Shown here piece after piece: positions 8,794 to 18,222 of a stretch of DNA of 64,000 nt (position 1 is the first letter of the stretch; each line of letters begins with the position of its first letter). Source of the stretch: an uncultured Gammaproteobacteria bacterium (lineage in GTDB: Bacteria; Patescibacteriota; Microgenomatia; UBA10105; UBA927). Location: NCBI GenBank assembly GCA_964448085.1, contig CAYUUX010000001.1:22465-86464 (forward strand). The letters are read 5' to 3'. The notes beneath the pieces were generated by a model. That model worked only from the letters and a program-made list of their open reading frames with translations. It was not told where the DNA came from and did not search any database. The translations under genes were made by a program, and so were the position numbers.

Positions 8794-9362
8794 TCGGCGC
8801 ATTATACGGAAAAGTACACTCGATGAAGAAAAATCCCATAATTTTTTTTGCAGGAGACGTTGGATACGCTGTCAGTATTCCCGATGTTTTTGCGAAAATA
8901 CTCCCACTGGAAACCAAAATTCATATATATATTCATACACACGTACGGGAAGATGCCATTGAACTCTTCGGATTTGAAACAGAGGAAGACCTTGCGATGT
9001 TTGACTTGCTCTTAACCGTTTCGGGAATCGGACCAAAAACCGCATTGTCAGTAATGAATCATGGTGTGTCTCCCATACGGCATGCCGTACAGACTGGTGA
9101 TGTTGAATTCTTCACAAACATTCCGCGCCTTGGCAAAAAGAATGCACAAAAAATAATTATTGAACTCAAAAATAAACTCGGAAGCTTGCAGGAACTCAAT
9201 CTTCGTGAAGACACATCGACCGAAACGACGGATGTTGTTGATGCGCTCGTTTCCATGGGATTTGCTAAAAAGGAGGCGATGGCGGTTATCAAGAAAATTC
9301 CTACCAACGTAACCAGTCCGGAACAAAAATTACGTAACGCCCTGCAGCTCCTGGGGAAATAA
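8790..9362 (+). CDS. ruvA: Holliday junction DNA helicase subunit RuvA
   Basis: MIGALYGKV...GDVGYAVSIP...VREDAIELFGF...LLTVSGIGPKTALSV: OB-fold plus HhH motifs typical of RuvA. Confidence 0.9.
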   Translation: MIGALYGKVHSMKKNPIIFFAGDVGYAVSIPDVFAKILPLETKIHIYIHTHVREDAIELFGFETEEDLAMFDLLLTVSGIGPKTALSVMNHGVSPIRHAVQTGDVEFFTNIPRLGKKNAQKIIIELKNKLGSLQELNLREDTSTETTDVVDALVSMGFAKKEAMAVIKKIPTNVTSPEQKLRNALQLLGK

Positions 9363-9363
9363 T

Positions 9364-10419
9364 ATGCCAATAAAAACAATCTCTTCACCGCGAAAAAAAG
9401 AAAAAGAGGACGTATTGTTTCAAAGCGCTCCACCCGATGAAGAGCACATTATCACATCGCTTCGTGCATCTACGTGGAATGAATTCTACGGACAACCAGC
9501 CGCGAAAAAAAGTTTGGGCATCGCCATACAAGCTGCAAAAAAACGACATGATCCGTTGGAGCATATCCTTCTCTATGGACCACCCGGATTGGGAAAAACA
9601 ACGCTTGCACACCTCATAGGACATGAAATGGGAGTCAATGTACGGATTACTTCGGGACCGGCAATAGAGCGCGCCGGTGATTTAGCTGCAATTCTCACCA
9701 ATATGGCACCGCGCGACATCCTTTTTATTGATGAAATTCACAGGCTAAACAAAATCGTTGAGGAAACGCTCTATCCTGCCATGGAAGACTTTGCGCTTGA
9801 TATTGTTATCGGTAAAGGCCCTTCGGCACGCACATTGCGACTCGATCTCCCCCCATGCACAATCATTGGAGCTACAACACGCGCAGGTCTTCTTTCTTCT
9901 CCCATGCGAGACAGATTCGGTGTTATCGAACGTTTATCCTTCTACCAAATTGAGGATCTTGAAAAGATTATCACTCGAGCCGCAAAAAAATTAGGTATTG
10001 ATGTAGATACACGTGCGCAAAAAGAACTCGCCATTCGAAGCCGCGGTACACCACGTATTGCCCTCCGGCTTTTAAAACGCTGTCGGGATATTGCGGAAAT
10101 AGCAGAAGTGAAACACATTAACGAAACTATCATTGATCAAGCGCTCGCACTTCTCGGCATCGACCAGGCTGGCCTTGATACTTCCGATCGACGGCTCCTC
10201 ACCACGATCATAGAAAAATATAACGGTGGACCAATCGGCATAGAGACACTCGCAGCAGCACTTTCCGAGGATATTGACACTGTTGAAGAAATACTTGAAC
10301 CGTATCTTATGCAACTTGGCTTTCTCAAACGCACGCCGCGGGGTAGGTTCGTCACAAAAAATGCCTATACGCATCTTGGAATTCCCATACCGTCAAAACT
10401 CCAAGAAGAACTTCTTTAG
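9364..10419 (+). CDS. ruvB: Holliday junction DNA helicase RuvB
   Basis: AAA+ Walker A LYGPPGLGKTTLAHLI, Walker B ILFIDEIHRL, RuvB C-terminal winged helix. Confidence 0.92.
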   Translation: MPIKTISSPRKKEKEDVLFQSAPPDEEHIITSLRASTWNEFYGQPAAKKSLGIAIQAAKKRHDPLEHILLYGPPGLGKTTLAHLIGHEMGVNVRITSGPAIERAGDLAAILTNMAPRDILFIDEIHRLNKIVEETLYPAMEDFALDIVIGKGPSARTLRLDLPPCTIIGATTRAGLLSSPMRDRFGVIERLSFYQIEDLEKIITRAAKKLGIDVDTRAQKELAIRSRGTPRIALRLLKRCRDIAEIAEVKHINETIIDQALALLGIDQAGLDTSDRRLLTTIIEKYNGGPIGIETLAAALSEDIDTVEEILEPYLMQLGFLKRTPRGRFVTKNAYTHLGIPIPSKLQEELL

Positions 10420-10421
10420 CC

Positions 10422-10456
10422 ACAAAAAACCCGAGGTGCTCCCCGGGTATTTTTGT
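10422..10456. terminator. bidirectional intrinsic terminator between ruvB (+) and the convergent minus-strand gene
   Basis: CACAAAAAA-CCCGAGG-TGCT-CCCCGGG-TATTTTTGTG: 7 bp GC-rich stem (one A.C mismatch), tetraloop, flanked by A-run and T-run. Confidence 0.55.
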
Positions 10457-10466
10457 GTAAATACTG

Positions 10467-11465
10467 TTAGTTACAATTTGCAGCAGATGTATTTGCTGAT
10501 GCTTCCCCTGTTTCCGAAAAAGATGCGGCAACATCATCCGTTGACAATGCCGTACCGCAATATCCAGCTTTTGTGGATGAGGCACAACACAAAACTTCTT
10601 TCAATGCGTTTGGCGTGCGTCCCCCAAAGTCAAATTCCGAAACGACCTGACTCTCATTTACCAACAACGTTGGCGAGCTTCCGATATCATATTTCGCCAT
10701 CAGATCGAAATCCTTTTGTGCATACGTATTTCCTCTCTTTGCATCTGCCATACATGCATTCACCGATGCGACATTTACTCCTGTTTGCGTCAAACATTCT
10801 GCACTTTTCCCCTGCGCTTTCATATAACAGGCAACATATGGCCAATAAAGATTCTTCTGTTCCTCACGAATACAAATCTGCCGAAGATTTTCCTGCGCCT
10901 CAGCATCGCCGTGCATGGAAGTTATTTTCCCACCCTCGATGGCTCCGATGTATTTAACTTCAAATGCATCTTTGAGCGCTGGTTGTTCTGTAATTGCCTT
11001 GTTCATCACGCGTTGCATCTGCAAACCGAACGGACAATCGGCAACGACAAATGCAGTCATCTTTGGCGTTGCAGATTTATTGACGTCATCACAGGTTAAC
11101 TTTGCTTGCGGTTCTGCTGCAGCTTGGCTATCTGCCTTTTGCAGTTCGCTCACTTTCGTGCCGCTTGCAAAGAAAATCTTCCCGTCTTTGGTTATATACG
11201 AGGTGTACTTGTTTACTTGTCCGGCTGAATCAAGCGTAAGGTCAAAGGAATATATCCCGCTTTCTTCTTTCAGATTTTCAACTGATTGAATCTTCGTTGC
11301 GTTCCCCGCAAGAACCTGTACGACATTGGGAATTGTTTTTGTCTTCATTTCCACAAGCGCATCTTTGCTTCGTTTCAGGACAAGTCCACCAACTAAAAGT
11401 GCTATTATTACTAAAGGAACGAGAAAAGAGAACAGTTTTTTACGTTTCAGGGTTAGTTTTTTCAT
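10467..11465 (-). CDS. membrane-anchored DsbA-like thioredoxin-fold protein with degenerate CPFG active site (putative)
   Basis: N-terminal TM LFSFLVPLVIIALLVGGLVL; FVVADCPFGLQ at the position of a DsbA CxxC motif but with Gly replacing the second Cys; C-terminal SSPTLLVNE resembles the DsbA cis-Pro PTF.ING block. Confidence 0.45.
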   Translation of the reverse strand: MKKLTLKRKKLFSFLVPLVIIALLVGGLVLKRSKDALVEMKTKTIPNVVQVLAGNATKIQSVENLKEESGIYSFDLTLDSAGQVNKYTSYITKDGKIFFASGTKVSELQKADSQAAAEPQAKLTCDDVNKSATPKMTAFVVADCPFGLQMQRVMNKAITEQPALKDAFEVKYIGAIEGGKITSMHGDAEAQENLRQICIREEQKNLYWPYVACYMKAQGKSAECLTQTGVNVASVNACMADAKRGNTYAQKDFDLMAKYDIGSSPTLLVNESQVVSEFDFGGRTPNALKEVLCCASSTKAGYCGTALSTDDVAASFSETGEASANTSAANCN

Positions 11466-11522
11466 AGTTTATTATTTGTATAGGAACTTACCCGCTTTGT
11501 CAACCCGATAAAATATAGTATA

Positions 11523-12572
11523 ATGACGTTTTCCAAAAAAGCTATGAAATCCATATTGAAAAACAAAAAAATCTGGATATTTCTTGCAATCATCATTGTT
11601 GTCGGGATAGGCATTTTTTCTGCAACACGCGGGAAAAATACCAACAAGAAATCTTCCACTTATACTGTTCGGAAACACACTATACGAGAGACCTTATCCA
11701 TTGCCGGTGTCATCGATGCGCAGGAAAAAGTGACGCTTCGATTTCAAACGTCCGGCATGCTTTCCTGGGTCGGCGTCAAAGAGGGTGATACTGTATACCC
11801 CTATCAAGCGATTGCTTCCCTTGATCAAATGGAACTTACTAAAACACTGCAAAAATATCTCAACTCGTACGAAAGCGAGAGGAGAGATTTCGATCAGACG
11901 ACTGACGAATATCGACAACCCGCACAAGGATACTGGGGGTTAACTTGGGATCAACGAAGGGAATTGGATCGCGCGCTTGAAAAAGCACAGTATGACCTCA
12001 ACAGCAGCGTACTTGATGTAGAATTGAAATCCATCGCATTAAAATATGCTACGCTTGTTACCCCCATCGGTGGGATCGTTACCAAAGTCACCAGTCCATT
12101 TGCGGGCATCAACGTTACACCTTCACAAGCAGAGTTTGAAGTCGTCAACCCCACAACGCTGTATCTCTCTGTGCTCCCCGATCAAAATGAAGTGAGCAAA
12201 ATCACATCGAGCATGTCTGCAACAATCGTGTTTGATCCGTTCCCCGAAGCAACCGTATCCGGTGCTGTCCAATCCATTGCGTTTGCACCAAAATCCGGTG
12301 AAAGCTCAACGGTATATGAAGTAAAACTGTCGTTACCCACAACCAATTCATACAGAATAGGAATGACGGCAGATGCTACATTTGTCATTTCTGAACGACA
12401 AGATGTCATAGCCATACCATTCTCAATGCTCAAAACGGATAACGGAAAACCCTATGTTTTTCGAAAAATCGGGAACACAAAAGAAAAAACTTCGGTAACC
12501 ATCGGCCTTGAAGGTGATGACTTCATAGAAATAACAAGTGGACTTGCTGAGGGCGATATCCTCTATGATTAA
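11523..12572 (+). CDS. HlyD/MacA-family periplasmic adaptor (membrane fusion) protein
   Basis: N-terminal TM, coiled-coil hairpin region, beta-barrel/lipoyl-like segments typical of MFP; followed by MacB-like ATPase and permease. True start may be Met8 (11544) because a TATAAT box overlaps the 11523 ATG. Confidence 0.7.
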   Translation: MTFSKKAMKSILKNKKIWIFLAIIIVVGIGIFSATRGKNTNKKSSTYTVRKHTIRETLSIAGVIDAQEKVTLRFQTSGMLSWVGVKEGDTVYPYQAIASLDQMELTKTLQKYLNSYESERRDFDQTTDEYRQPAQGYWGLTWDQRRELDRALEKAQYDLNSSVLDVELKSIALKYATLVTPIGGIVTKVTSPFAGINVTPSQAEFEVVNPTTLYLSVLPDQNEVSKITSSMSATIVFDPFPEATVSGAVQSIAFAPKSGESSTVYEVKLSLPTTNSYRIGMTADATFVISERQDVIAIPFSMLKTDNGKPYVFRKIGNTKEKTSVTIGLEGDDFIEITSGLAEGDILYD

Positions 12573-13251
12573 CCTGTCTCACGTATCGAAAGAATATAAG
12601 CTTTCCGGAGAATCTTTTTTTGCCCTTCGTGACGTGTCTTTTGAAATTAAAGAAAAAGAATTCACGGCAATTCTTGGTCCTTCAGGGTCCGGTAAATCCA
12701 CCGTCATGCATATCATGGGACTTTTGGATACGCCAACCGCAGGAACCGTTAAAATAAATGGAAGAGATGTTTCGAAATATTCCGATAACGAGCTATCACT
12801 TGCACGAAATGAGCTTATTGGATTTGTTTTTCAACAATTTAACCTGATTAACAAATTATCCATTTTGGAAAATATTCTTCTCCCCACCATTTACACACGA
12901 AAGAAATTGCCTTTTGATCCAAAAATACGCGCAATGGAGCTTATTACCAAATTTGGTCTTTCCGGCAAAGAACGTTCATTTCCCAATAAAATTTCTGGTG
13001 GGCAACAACAACGTGTTGCGATAGCACGTGCGTTAATAATGCAACCGAAGCTTGTGTTGGCTGATGAACCAACGGGAAATCTTGATACAAAAAATGGCGA
13101 CGCAATCCTTGATCTTCTGGAAAAACTCAACAAACAGGAGGGGGCAACCGTTGTCATTATCACACACGAACCCGATGTTGCAGAACGCTGTAAACGAAAA
13201 TTGTATATTCGTGATGGCCAGTTATTTACAAAGCCTTTGCATACACCATGA
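12538..13251 (+). CDS. ABC transporter ATP-binding protein (MacB/LolD family)
   Basis: Walker A GPSGSGKST, signature ISGGQQQRVAIARAL, Walker B LVLADEPTGNLD, ITHEP H-loop. Confidence 0.88.
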   Translation: MDLLRAISSMINLSHVSKEYKLSGESFFALRDVSFEIKEKEFTAILGPSGSGKSTVMHIMGLLDTPTAGTVKINGRDVSKYSDNELSLARNELIGFVFQQFNLINKLSILENILLPTIYTRKKLPFDPKIRAMELITKFGLSGKERSFPNKISGGQQQRVAIARALIMQPKLVLADEPTGNLDTKNGDAILDLLEKLNKQEGATVVIITHEPDVAERCKRKLYIRDGQLFTKPLHTP

Positions 13252-14444
13252 ATTATTTTCTTTTTATCATCAAAGCCGCTTTTGAAGATTTTAACAGAAA
13301 TAAAGTAAAGACGTTCCTTACATCATTGGGTATCACGATCGGCGTATCATCTGTGGTACTCCTGATTGCCTTAGGGCTTGGGTTGAAAGCATACATACAG
13401 GATCAATTCGACACCTTCGGGACCAATAATTTATATATTATTCCAGGGAGTCTCAGTGGTGGGTTTCAGGGTGGGCCACCAACGACACAATTGTTTGATG
13501 ATAAAGATGTCAACTCTGTAAAACGAATAAACGGCATTGCAAATACCATACCCGTATATGAAAAATTTATGAAAGTAGAGGGAACGCTTGATACAAAAAC
13601 CTACCAGGTAACAACTTCAACGGAAGATATTTTTTCCACACTAACATTAAATATTCAATATGGAGTCTTGTATACAAAAAGCGATGTTGCAAAAGGTGCA
13701 AAGAAAATTGTTTTGGGTCCAAAAGCGGCGGAGTCACTTTTTGGGTCGCCCTCCGAGGCCATAGGCAAAAATGCAACAATAAACGGCATCGCCTACCGAG
13801 TTGTTGGAGTATTTGAGGCAAAAGGCGGAGGCGCATTCGGTGCACCAAGCATTGATGAGAGCATTTATATGCCCGTCACCGCTTCCCTATCGTTTAATCC
13901 CGCAAAAAAATATGCGAGCATATATCTGAAAGTTCAAGAAGAATCATTCCTCAAGCCAGTCAAGAAGACCGCAACAGATATTCTCTTAAAACGGTATAAA
14001 GAAGATGAATTTTCCGTTATAGAACAAACTGAGCTCATAGATACTATTAATTCGATTTTCGGTGTTTTGAATACCGTCCTTATTGCTATTGCTGCAATTT
14101 CTCTCATTGTAGGCGGAGTCGGTATTATGAATATTATGTATATGTCTGTTGTTGAACGAATCAGGGAAATCGGGATACGAAGAGCAATGGGAGCAACAAA
14201 AAAAGATATCCTCTATCAATTTATGTCGGAAGCAGTTCTTCTTTCCGGACTTGGTGGTGCAATGGGACTCTTATTTTCATGGATCGTAGTTCTTTTCCTC
14301 CGGTCTCAATTTCCTGCATATATCGACATAACAACCGTTGCTATAGCATTAGGAGTTTCTTCTGGGGTTGGTATTGGGTTCGGTGTGTTTCCTGCAAAAA
14401 AGGCAGCGGATCTTTCTCCAATGGAAGCGATCCGTTACGAATAA
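13248..14444 (+). CDS. ABC transporter permease, FtsX-like/MacB-type
   Basis: N-terminal TM, about 220 aa periplasmic domain, then 3 C-terminal TM helices with FtsX-family block (GIRRAMGATKKDILYQF...). Confidence 0.8.
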   Translation: MNYFLFIIKAAFEDFNRNKVKTFLTSLGITIGVSSVVLLIALGLGLKAYIQDQFDTFGTNNLYIIPGSLSGGFQGGPPTTQLFDDKDVNSVKRINGIANTIPVYEKFMKVEGTLDTKTYQVTTSTEDIFSTLTLNIQYGVLYTKSDVAKGAKKIVLGPKAAESLFGSPSEAIGKNATINGIAYRVVGVFEAKGGGAFGAPSIDESIYMPVTASLSFNPAKKYASIYLKVQEESFLKPVKKTATDILLKRYKEDEFSVIEQTELIDTINSIFGVLNTVLIAIAAISLIVGGVGIMNIMYMSVVERIREIGIRRAMGATKKDILYQFMSEAVLLSGLGGAMGLLFSWIVVLFLRSQFPAYIDITTVAIALGVSSGVGIGFGVFPAKKAADLSPMEAIRYE

Positions 14445-14447
14445 TGA

Positions 14448-14861
14448 TTATGAGAGAAGCGATAGGCTTTTCCGTGTAAATTCTTCGAGATCTTCTTGTG
14501 CAAGCGCCTCCTCTTTTGTCATCCACGCTGCTTCTTGAATTTCATCCTTATCGATAATCACTGGTTGCTCGCTGAGCAGTTCACATTCGCATTCCAAAAA
14601 GAAAAAATGTTTTTTCTTCCAGAATTTCTTTGGGTATATGGCTTCCCACATTGCAAACTGACGGATAAAACGCACATCCAATCCCACTTCTTCCTTTGTT
14701 TCCCGAACCACTGCTTCTTCAACCGTTTCTCCCATTTCTACATGACCACCGGCAACAGTCCATACATGACCGTTGTCCCATTTATGGGATCGGACAAAAA
14801 GATACCTCCCCGCTTTGTTTCTGATATATGCACCAACCGTTGGTTCTGGATAATTGCCCAT
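14448..14861 (-). CDS. NUDIX hydrolase
   Basis: Nudix box GGHVEMGETVEEAVVRETKEEVGL (Gx5Ex7REUxEExGU). Confidence 0.85.
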   Translation of the reverse strand: MGNYPEPTVGAYIRNKAGRYLFVRSHKWDNGHVWTVAGGHVEMGETVEEAVVRETKEEVGLDVRFIRQFAMWEAIYPKKFWKKKHFFFLECECELLSEQPVIIDKDEIQEAAWMTKEEALAQEDLEEFTRKSLSLLS

Positions 14862-14864
14862 ATA

Positions 14865-17558
14865 TTACGAGAGCTTGGGATAATGGCATTTCTTCCATTT
14901 TTTACCACTCCCACACCAACACGGATCATTTCTCCCCAACTCTTTTTTTTGATTTACCACCGGTTTTGGTGCCGTTTCTTCATTTGTACGCGCGCGTTTT
15001 GCTTCTTTCGTGAGTTTTGTCTCTTGCGGTAAGGAATTTTCTGTTGTCTTTACTCTCTGTGTCCCTCCTTGTGGCAATTGGACCTGCACTTTGTAAATTC
15101 TATGAACGATTTCCCCCTCAATTGATGATACTAACCGTTCAAACATGGAATATGCTTCGTTTTTATATTCCACTAACGGATCTCGCTGGCCGTATCCCCG
15201 AAGCCCTATCCCTTCACGAAGATCATCAATTGCTTCCAGATGGTCCATCCAAAAATTATCAATAACTGACAAACTTACCCATCGTTCTACCTGACGCATG
15301 ATCTCTGGAGATATCTGTTTTTCCCGAGCGTCATACATATCCTGGGATATCCGACGCAGATAGTCCACGATTTCCTCTTGTGTATGTAAATTTATAATCT
15401 GTCCAATCAGTTGGGTTTGGGAATTTTCATCAAACGGAATAATGGTGCTGTATTCCTGAACAATCTTTTTATAATCGAATGTTCCACCCTCAACGTGTAC
15501 CGCAACGACTGTTGTTATTTCGTCCTCTATGTTTTTCAGAACCTGTTCCTTTTGGTTCTCTTCCATGAGCGCACGTCTTCGAAGTCGGTAAATAATTTCT
15601 CTGTGTTTATTGAGCACGTCATCATATTCAACCAGGTGTTTTCTTGAATCGAAATGGAATCCCTCCACCTTCATCTGTGCCTGTTCTATAGAACGAGATA
15701 CCATAGGATGTTCCAACGGCACATCTTCGGGAAGTTTAAATACCGTCATAAGCTTGGCAACCTGATCGCCACCAAACAATCGCATGATCTCATCCTCAAG
15801 CGATACATAAAACCTGCTGGAACCTGGATCCCCTTGTCGTCCCGACCGACCACGCAACTGATTATCAATGCGTCTACTTTCATGGCGCTCTGTTCCGATA
15901 ACATGAAGTCCTCCTGCAGCCAATACTTCGTCATGATTCTTTTTCCACTCTTGCATCGCTTTCTCGTATGTTTTTTTATCAGTAAACAGTGCTTCTTCTG
16001 GTTTTGAACCTCCAAGAATAATATCGACTCCGCGGCCCGCCATGTTTGTTGCAACGGTAATTGCCCCTTTTTTGCCTGCTTCAGCAATAATAAGGGCTTC
16101 CTTTAAATGATTTTTTGCGTTCAGAAGCTGGTACGGTATGCCTTTCCGCTTCAAAAGCTCACCGATAATCTCATTCTTTTCAATAGATGTCGTTCCGACA
16201 AGCACAGGTTGACCTTTTTTGTGACATTCCACAATCTCGTTTGCGACTGCCATGTATTTTGCCCTGGTTGTTTTGTACACACTGTCGGGATAGTCTTGTC
16301 GAAGCATTGGCCTGTGCGTTGGAATAACCACAACTTCCAGGTTATATATTTTACGGAACTCTTCCGCTTCCGTTGCAGCCGTTCCCGTCATGCCGGCGAG
16401 CTTTTCGTACATACGGAAATAATTCTGTAACGAAACGGTTGCAAGCGTCTTGCTCTCCTGCTGAATCTGAACCCCCTCCTTTGCTTCAATTGCCTGATGG
16501 ATCCCCTCAGAAAATCTTCGCCCCATGAGAAGCCTGCCCGTAAATTCGTCGACAATGATGACCTGCCCCTCTTTTACGATGTATTCTTTGTCCCGATGAA
16601 ATAGGGTGCGTGCTTTCAACGCCGCTTCCAAATGATGAACTGTTTCGAAATCTTCTTCGTATATGTTTCCAAGCCCCATCATCTTTTCTATCTTCATGAC
16701 GCCGTGATCCGTAAGATGCGCGGTTCGCATTTTTTCATCAATGACGTAATCCATGGTGGGTGTTAATTTATCAACCAGCTTTGCATACTCGTAATATTTC
16801 TGTGTCGCTTCCGTATCAGGAGCGGAAATAATATGGGGAGTTCGTGCTTCATCGATTAATACCGAATCGACTTCATCAACAACCGCAAAATGAAATCCTC
16901 GTTGTGACAGTTGAGATGGATCCGAAACCATATTATCCCGAAGATAATCAAAACCAAACTCACTATTGATTCCATATGTAATATCCGCCGCGTATGCTTC
17001 TTTCCGTGTTATCGGACGCAAGTGTTTGAGCCGCCAATCTCCCGCAGTCGCATCCTCAAAATCCGGATCGTACATGAATGATTGTTCCGAAATAATAGCT
17101 GATACTGACATTCCCAAGAAATGATAAATGGGTCCCATCCACCCCGCGTCACGGCGAGCAAGATAATCGTTCACCGTTACAAGGTGTGCTCCCCGACCAG
17201 TCAGCGCATTCAAATATAGGGCGGGTATTGCCGAAAGTGTCTTTCCTTCTCCCGTTTTTTGTTCCGCAACCTTGCCAAAATGTAATGCTGCCGATGCGAT
17301 CAGCTGTACATCATAATGTTTTTCTCCAATGGTACGAAACGCAGCTTCCCTCACCAAAGCAAAAGCCGCCGGAAGAATATCGTCAATCGTTTTTCCTTCA
17401 GCAAGCTGCGCCTTTAGCTCTGCAGTTTTCTTGGGAAACTCTGCGTCTTTCAATTTCTGCATCGCTTGATCCAAATTGTTTATGGATGCGACGATTGACC
17501 GCAGTCTGACAACCTCTTTTTCGTTGTTATCCAGTAATTTACCGAGGAACTTAAACAT
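14865..17558 (-). CDS. secA: preprotein translocase ATPase SecA
   Basis: 897 aa; DEAD-like motor motifs, preprotein cross-linking domain, C-terminal zinc-binding CWCGSGKKWKKCH. Confidence 0.97.
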   Translation of the reverse strand: MFKFLGKLLDNNEKEVVRLRSIVASINNLDQAMQKLKDAEFPKKTAELKAQLAEGKTIDDILPAAFALVREAAFRTIGEKHYDVQLIASAALHFGKVAEQKTGEGKTLSAIPALYLNALTGRGAHLVTVNDYLARRDAGWMGPIYHFLGMSVSAIISEQSFMYDPDFEDATAGDWRLKHLRPITRKEAYAADITYGINSEFGFDYLRDNMVSDPSQLSQRGFHFAVVDEVDSVLIDEARTPHIISAPDTEATQKYYEYAKLVDKLTPTMDYVIDEKMRTAHLTDHGVMKIEKMMGLGNIYEEDFETVHHLEAALKARTLFHRDKEYIVKEGQVIIVDEFTGRLLMGRRFSEGIHQAIEAKEGVQIQQESKTLATVSLQNYFRMYEKLAGMTGTAATEAEEFRKIYNLEVVVIPTHRPMLRQDYPDSVYKTTRAKYMAVANEIVECHKKGQPVLVGTTSIEKNEIIGELLKRKGIPYQLLNAKNHLKEALIIAEAGKKGAITVATNMAGRGVDIILGGSKPEEALFTDKKTYEKAMQEWKKNHDEVLAAGGLHVIGTERHESRRIDNQLRGRSGRQGDPGSSRFYVSLEDEIMRLFGGDQVAKLMTVFKLPEDVPLEHPMVSRSIEQAQMKVEGFHFDSRKHLVEYDDVLNKHREIIYRLRRRALMEENQKEQVLKNIEDEITTVVAVHVEGGTFDYKKIVQEYSTIIPFDENSQTQLIGQIINLHTQEEIVDYLRRISQDMYDAREKQISPEIMRQVERWVSLSVIDNFWMDHLEAIDDLREGIGLRGYGQRDPLVEYKNEAYSMFERLVSSIEGEIVHRIYKVQVQLPQGGTQRVKTTENSLPQETKLTKEAKRARTNEETAPKPVVNQKKELGRNDPCWCGSGKKWKKCHYPKLS

Positions 17559-17565
17559 GCACCAA

Positions 17566-18222
17566 TTATACTATGGAAACGAAGAAAAATCTGTTCCTAA
17601 ATATCGTGTGGTCGTGCACAACCAGAAATATATTCTGTAGCGTTCTCATGAGCTTATCTGACTGTTTTTGATATTCCAGTTCCCGAAGATAATTTATCAC
17701 AACACATCCCGAAGAAGAGAGCGTGGAACGAATTCTTCTAAGAAACGTAGGTGACGTCACAAACTTAGGTATAACCCTCCCGAAAGACATATCCAAAATC
17801 ACCATATCGTATTGTTTGTTCTTTTTGACTGTCGATTGGATGAATGTGTTTGCGTCACTTCTGATCAAACGTAACCCCGCAACATCGTCTAAACCGAAGT
17901 ACTTTTTTCCGATAGTTATCATGAGCGGATCAATGTCCACGCCGGTAATGACGGCGTCAGAAAAAAAACCATGAAGCATGCGGATCACTGTTCCACCGGC
18001 AACGCCCAATACTAAAATTTTTTTTGCTTGACCGCCATGTCCAACGCCAAAAGCCTTAAAGGCACTGTTCCATAACTGTTCAATATACTTCCCCGACTGT
18101 GGAGAGCCGTTTACCAGCAGTTTCATCCGATTCGATTCTCTGTTTATTCGAATATAGTGATTGTACGGAGAATGGAACTCTGCGACTTTTTCAGGAATCA
18201 GATATGAAAGAAGATGTTTCAT
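17566..18222 (-). CDS. spermidine-synthase-like class I SAM-dependent methyltransferase-fold protein
   Basis: ILVLGVAGGTVIRML...VITGVDIDP...DMVILDM: Rossmann GxGxG plus acidic loop pattern of the spermine/spermidine synthase family; start chosen at MKHLLSYL to abut serS stop. Confidence 0.55.
   Translation of the reverse strand: MKHLLSYLIPEKVAEFHSPYNHYIRINRESNRMKLLVNGSPQSGKYIEQLWNSAFKAFGVGHGGQAKKILVLGVAGGTVIRMLHGFFSDAVITGVDIDPLMITIGKKYFGLDDVAGLRLIRSDANTFIQSTVKKNKQYDMVILDMSFGRVIPKFVTSPTFLRRIRSTLSSSGCVVINYLRELEYQKQSDKLMRTLQNIFLVVHDHTIFRNRFFFVSIV

Noticed and set aside
14496-15032. 178-aa plus-strand ORF
   Set aside because: Lies antisense to the NUDIX gene and the secA 3' end. Phe/Cys-rich composition with no motif.
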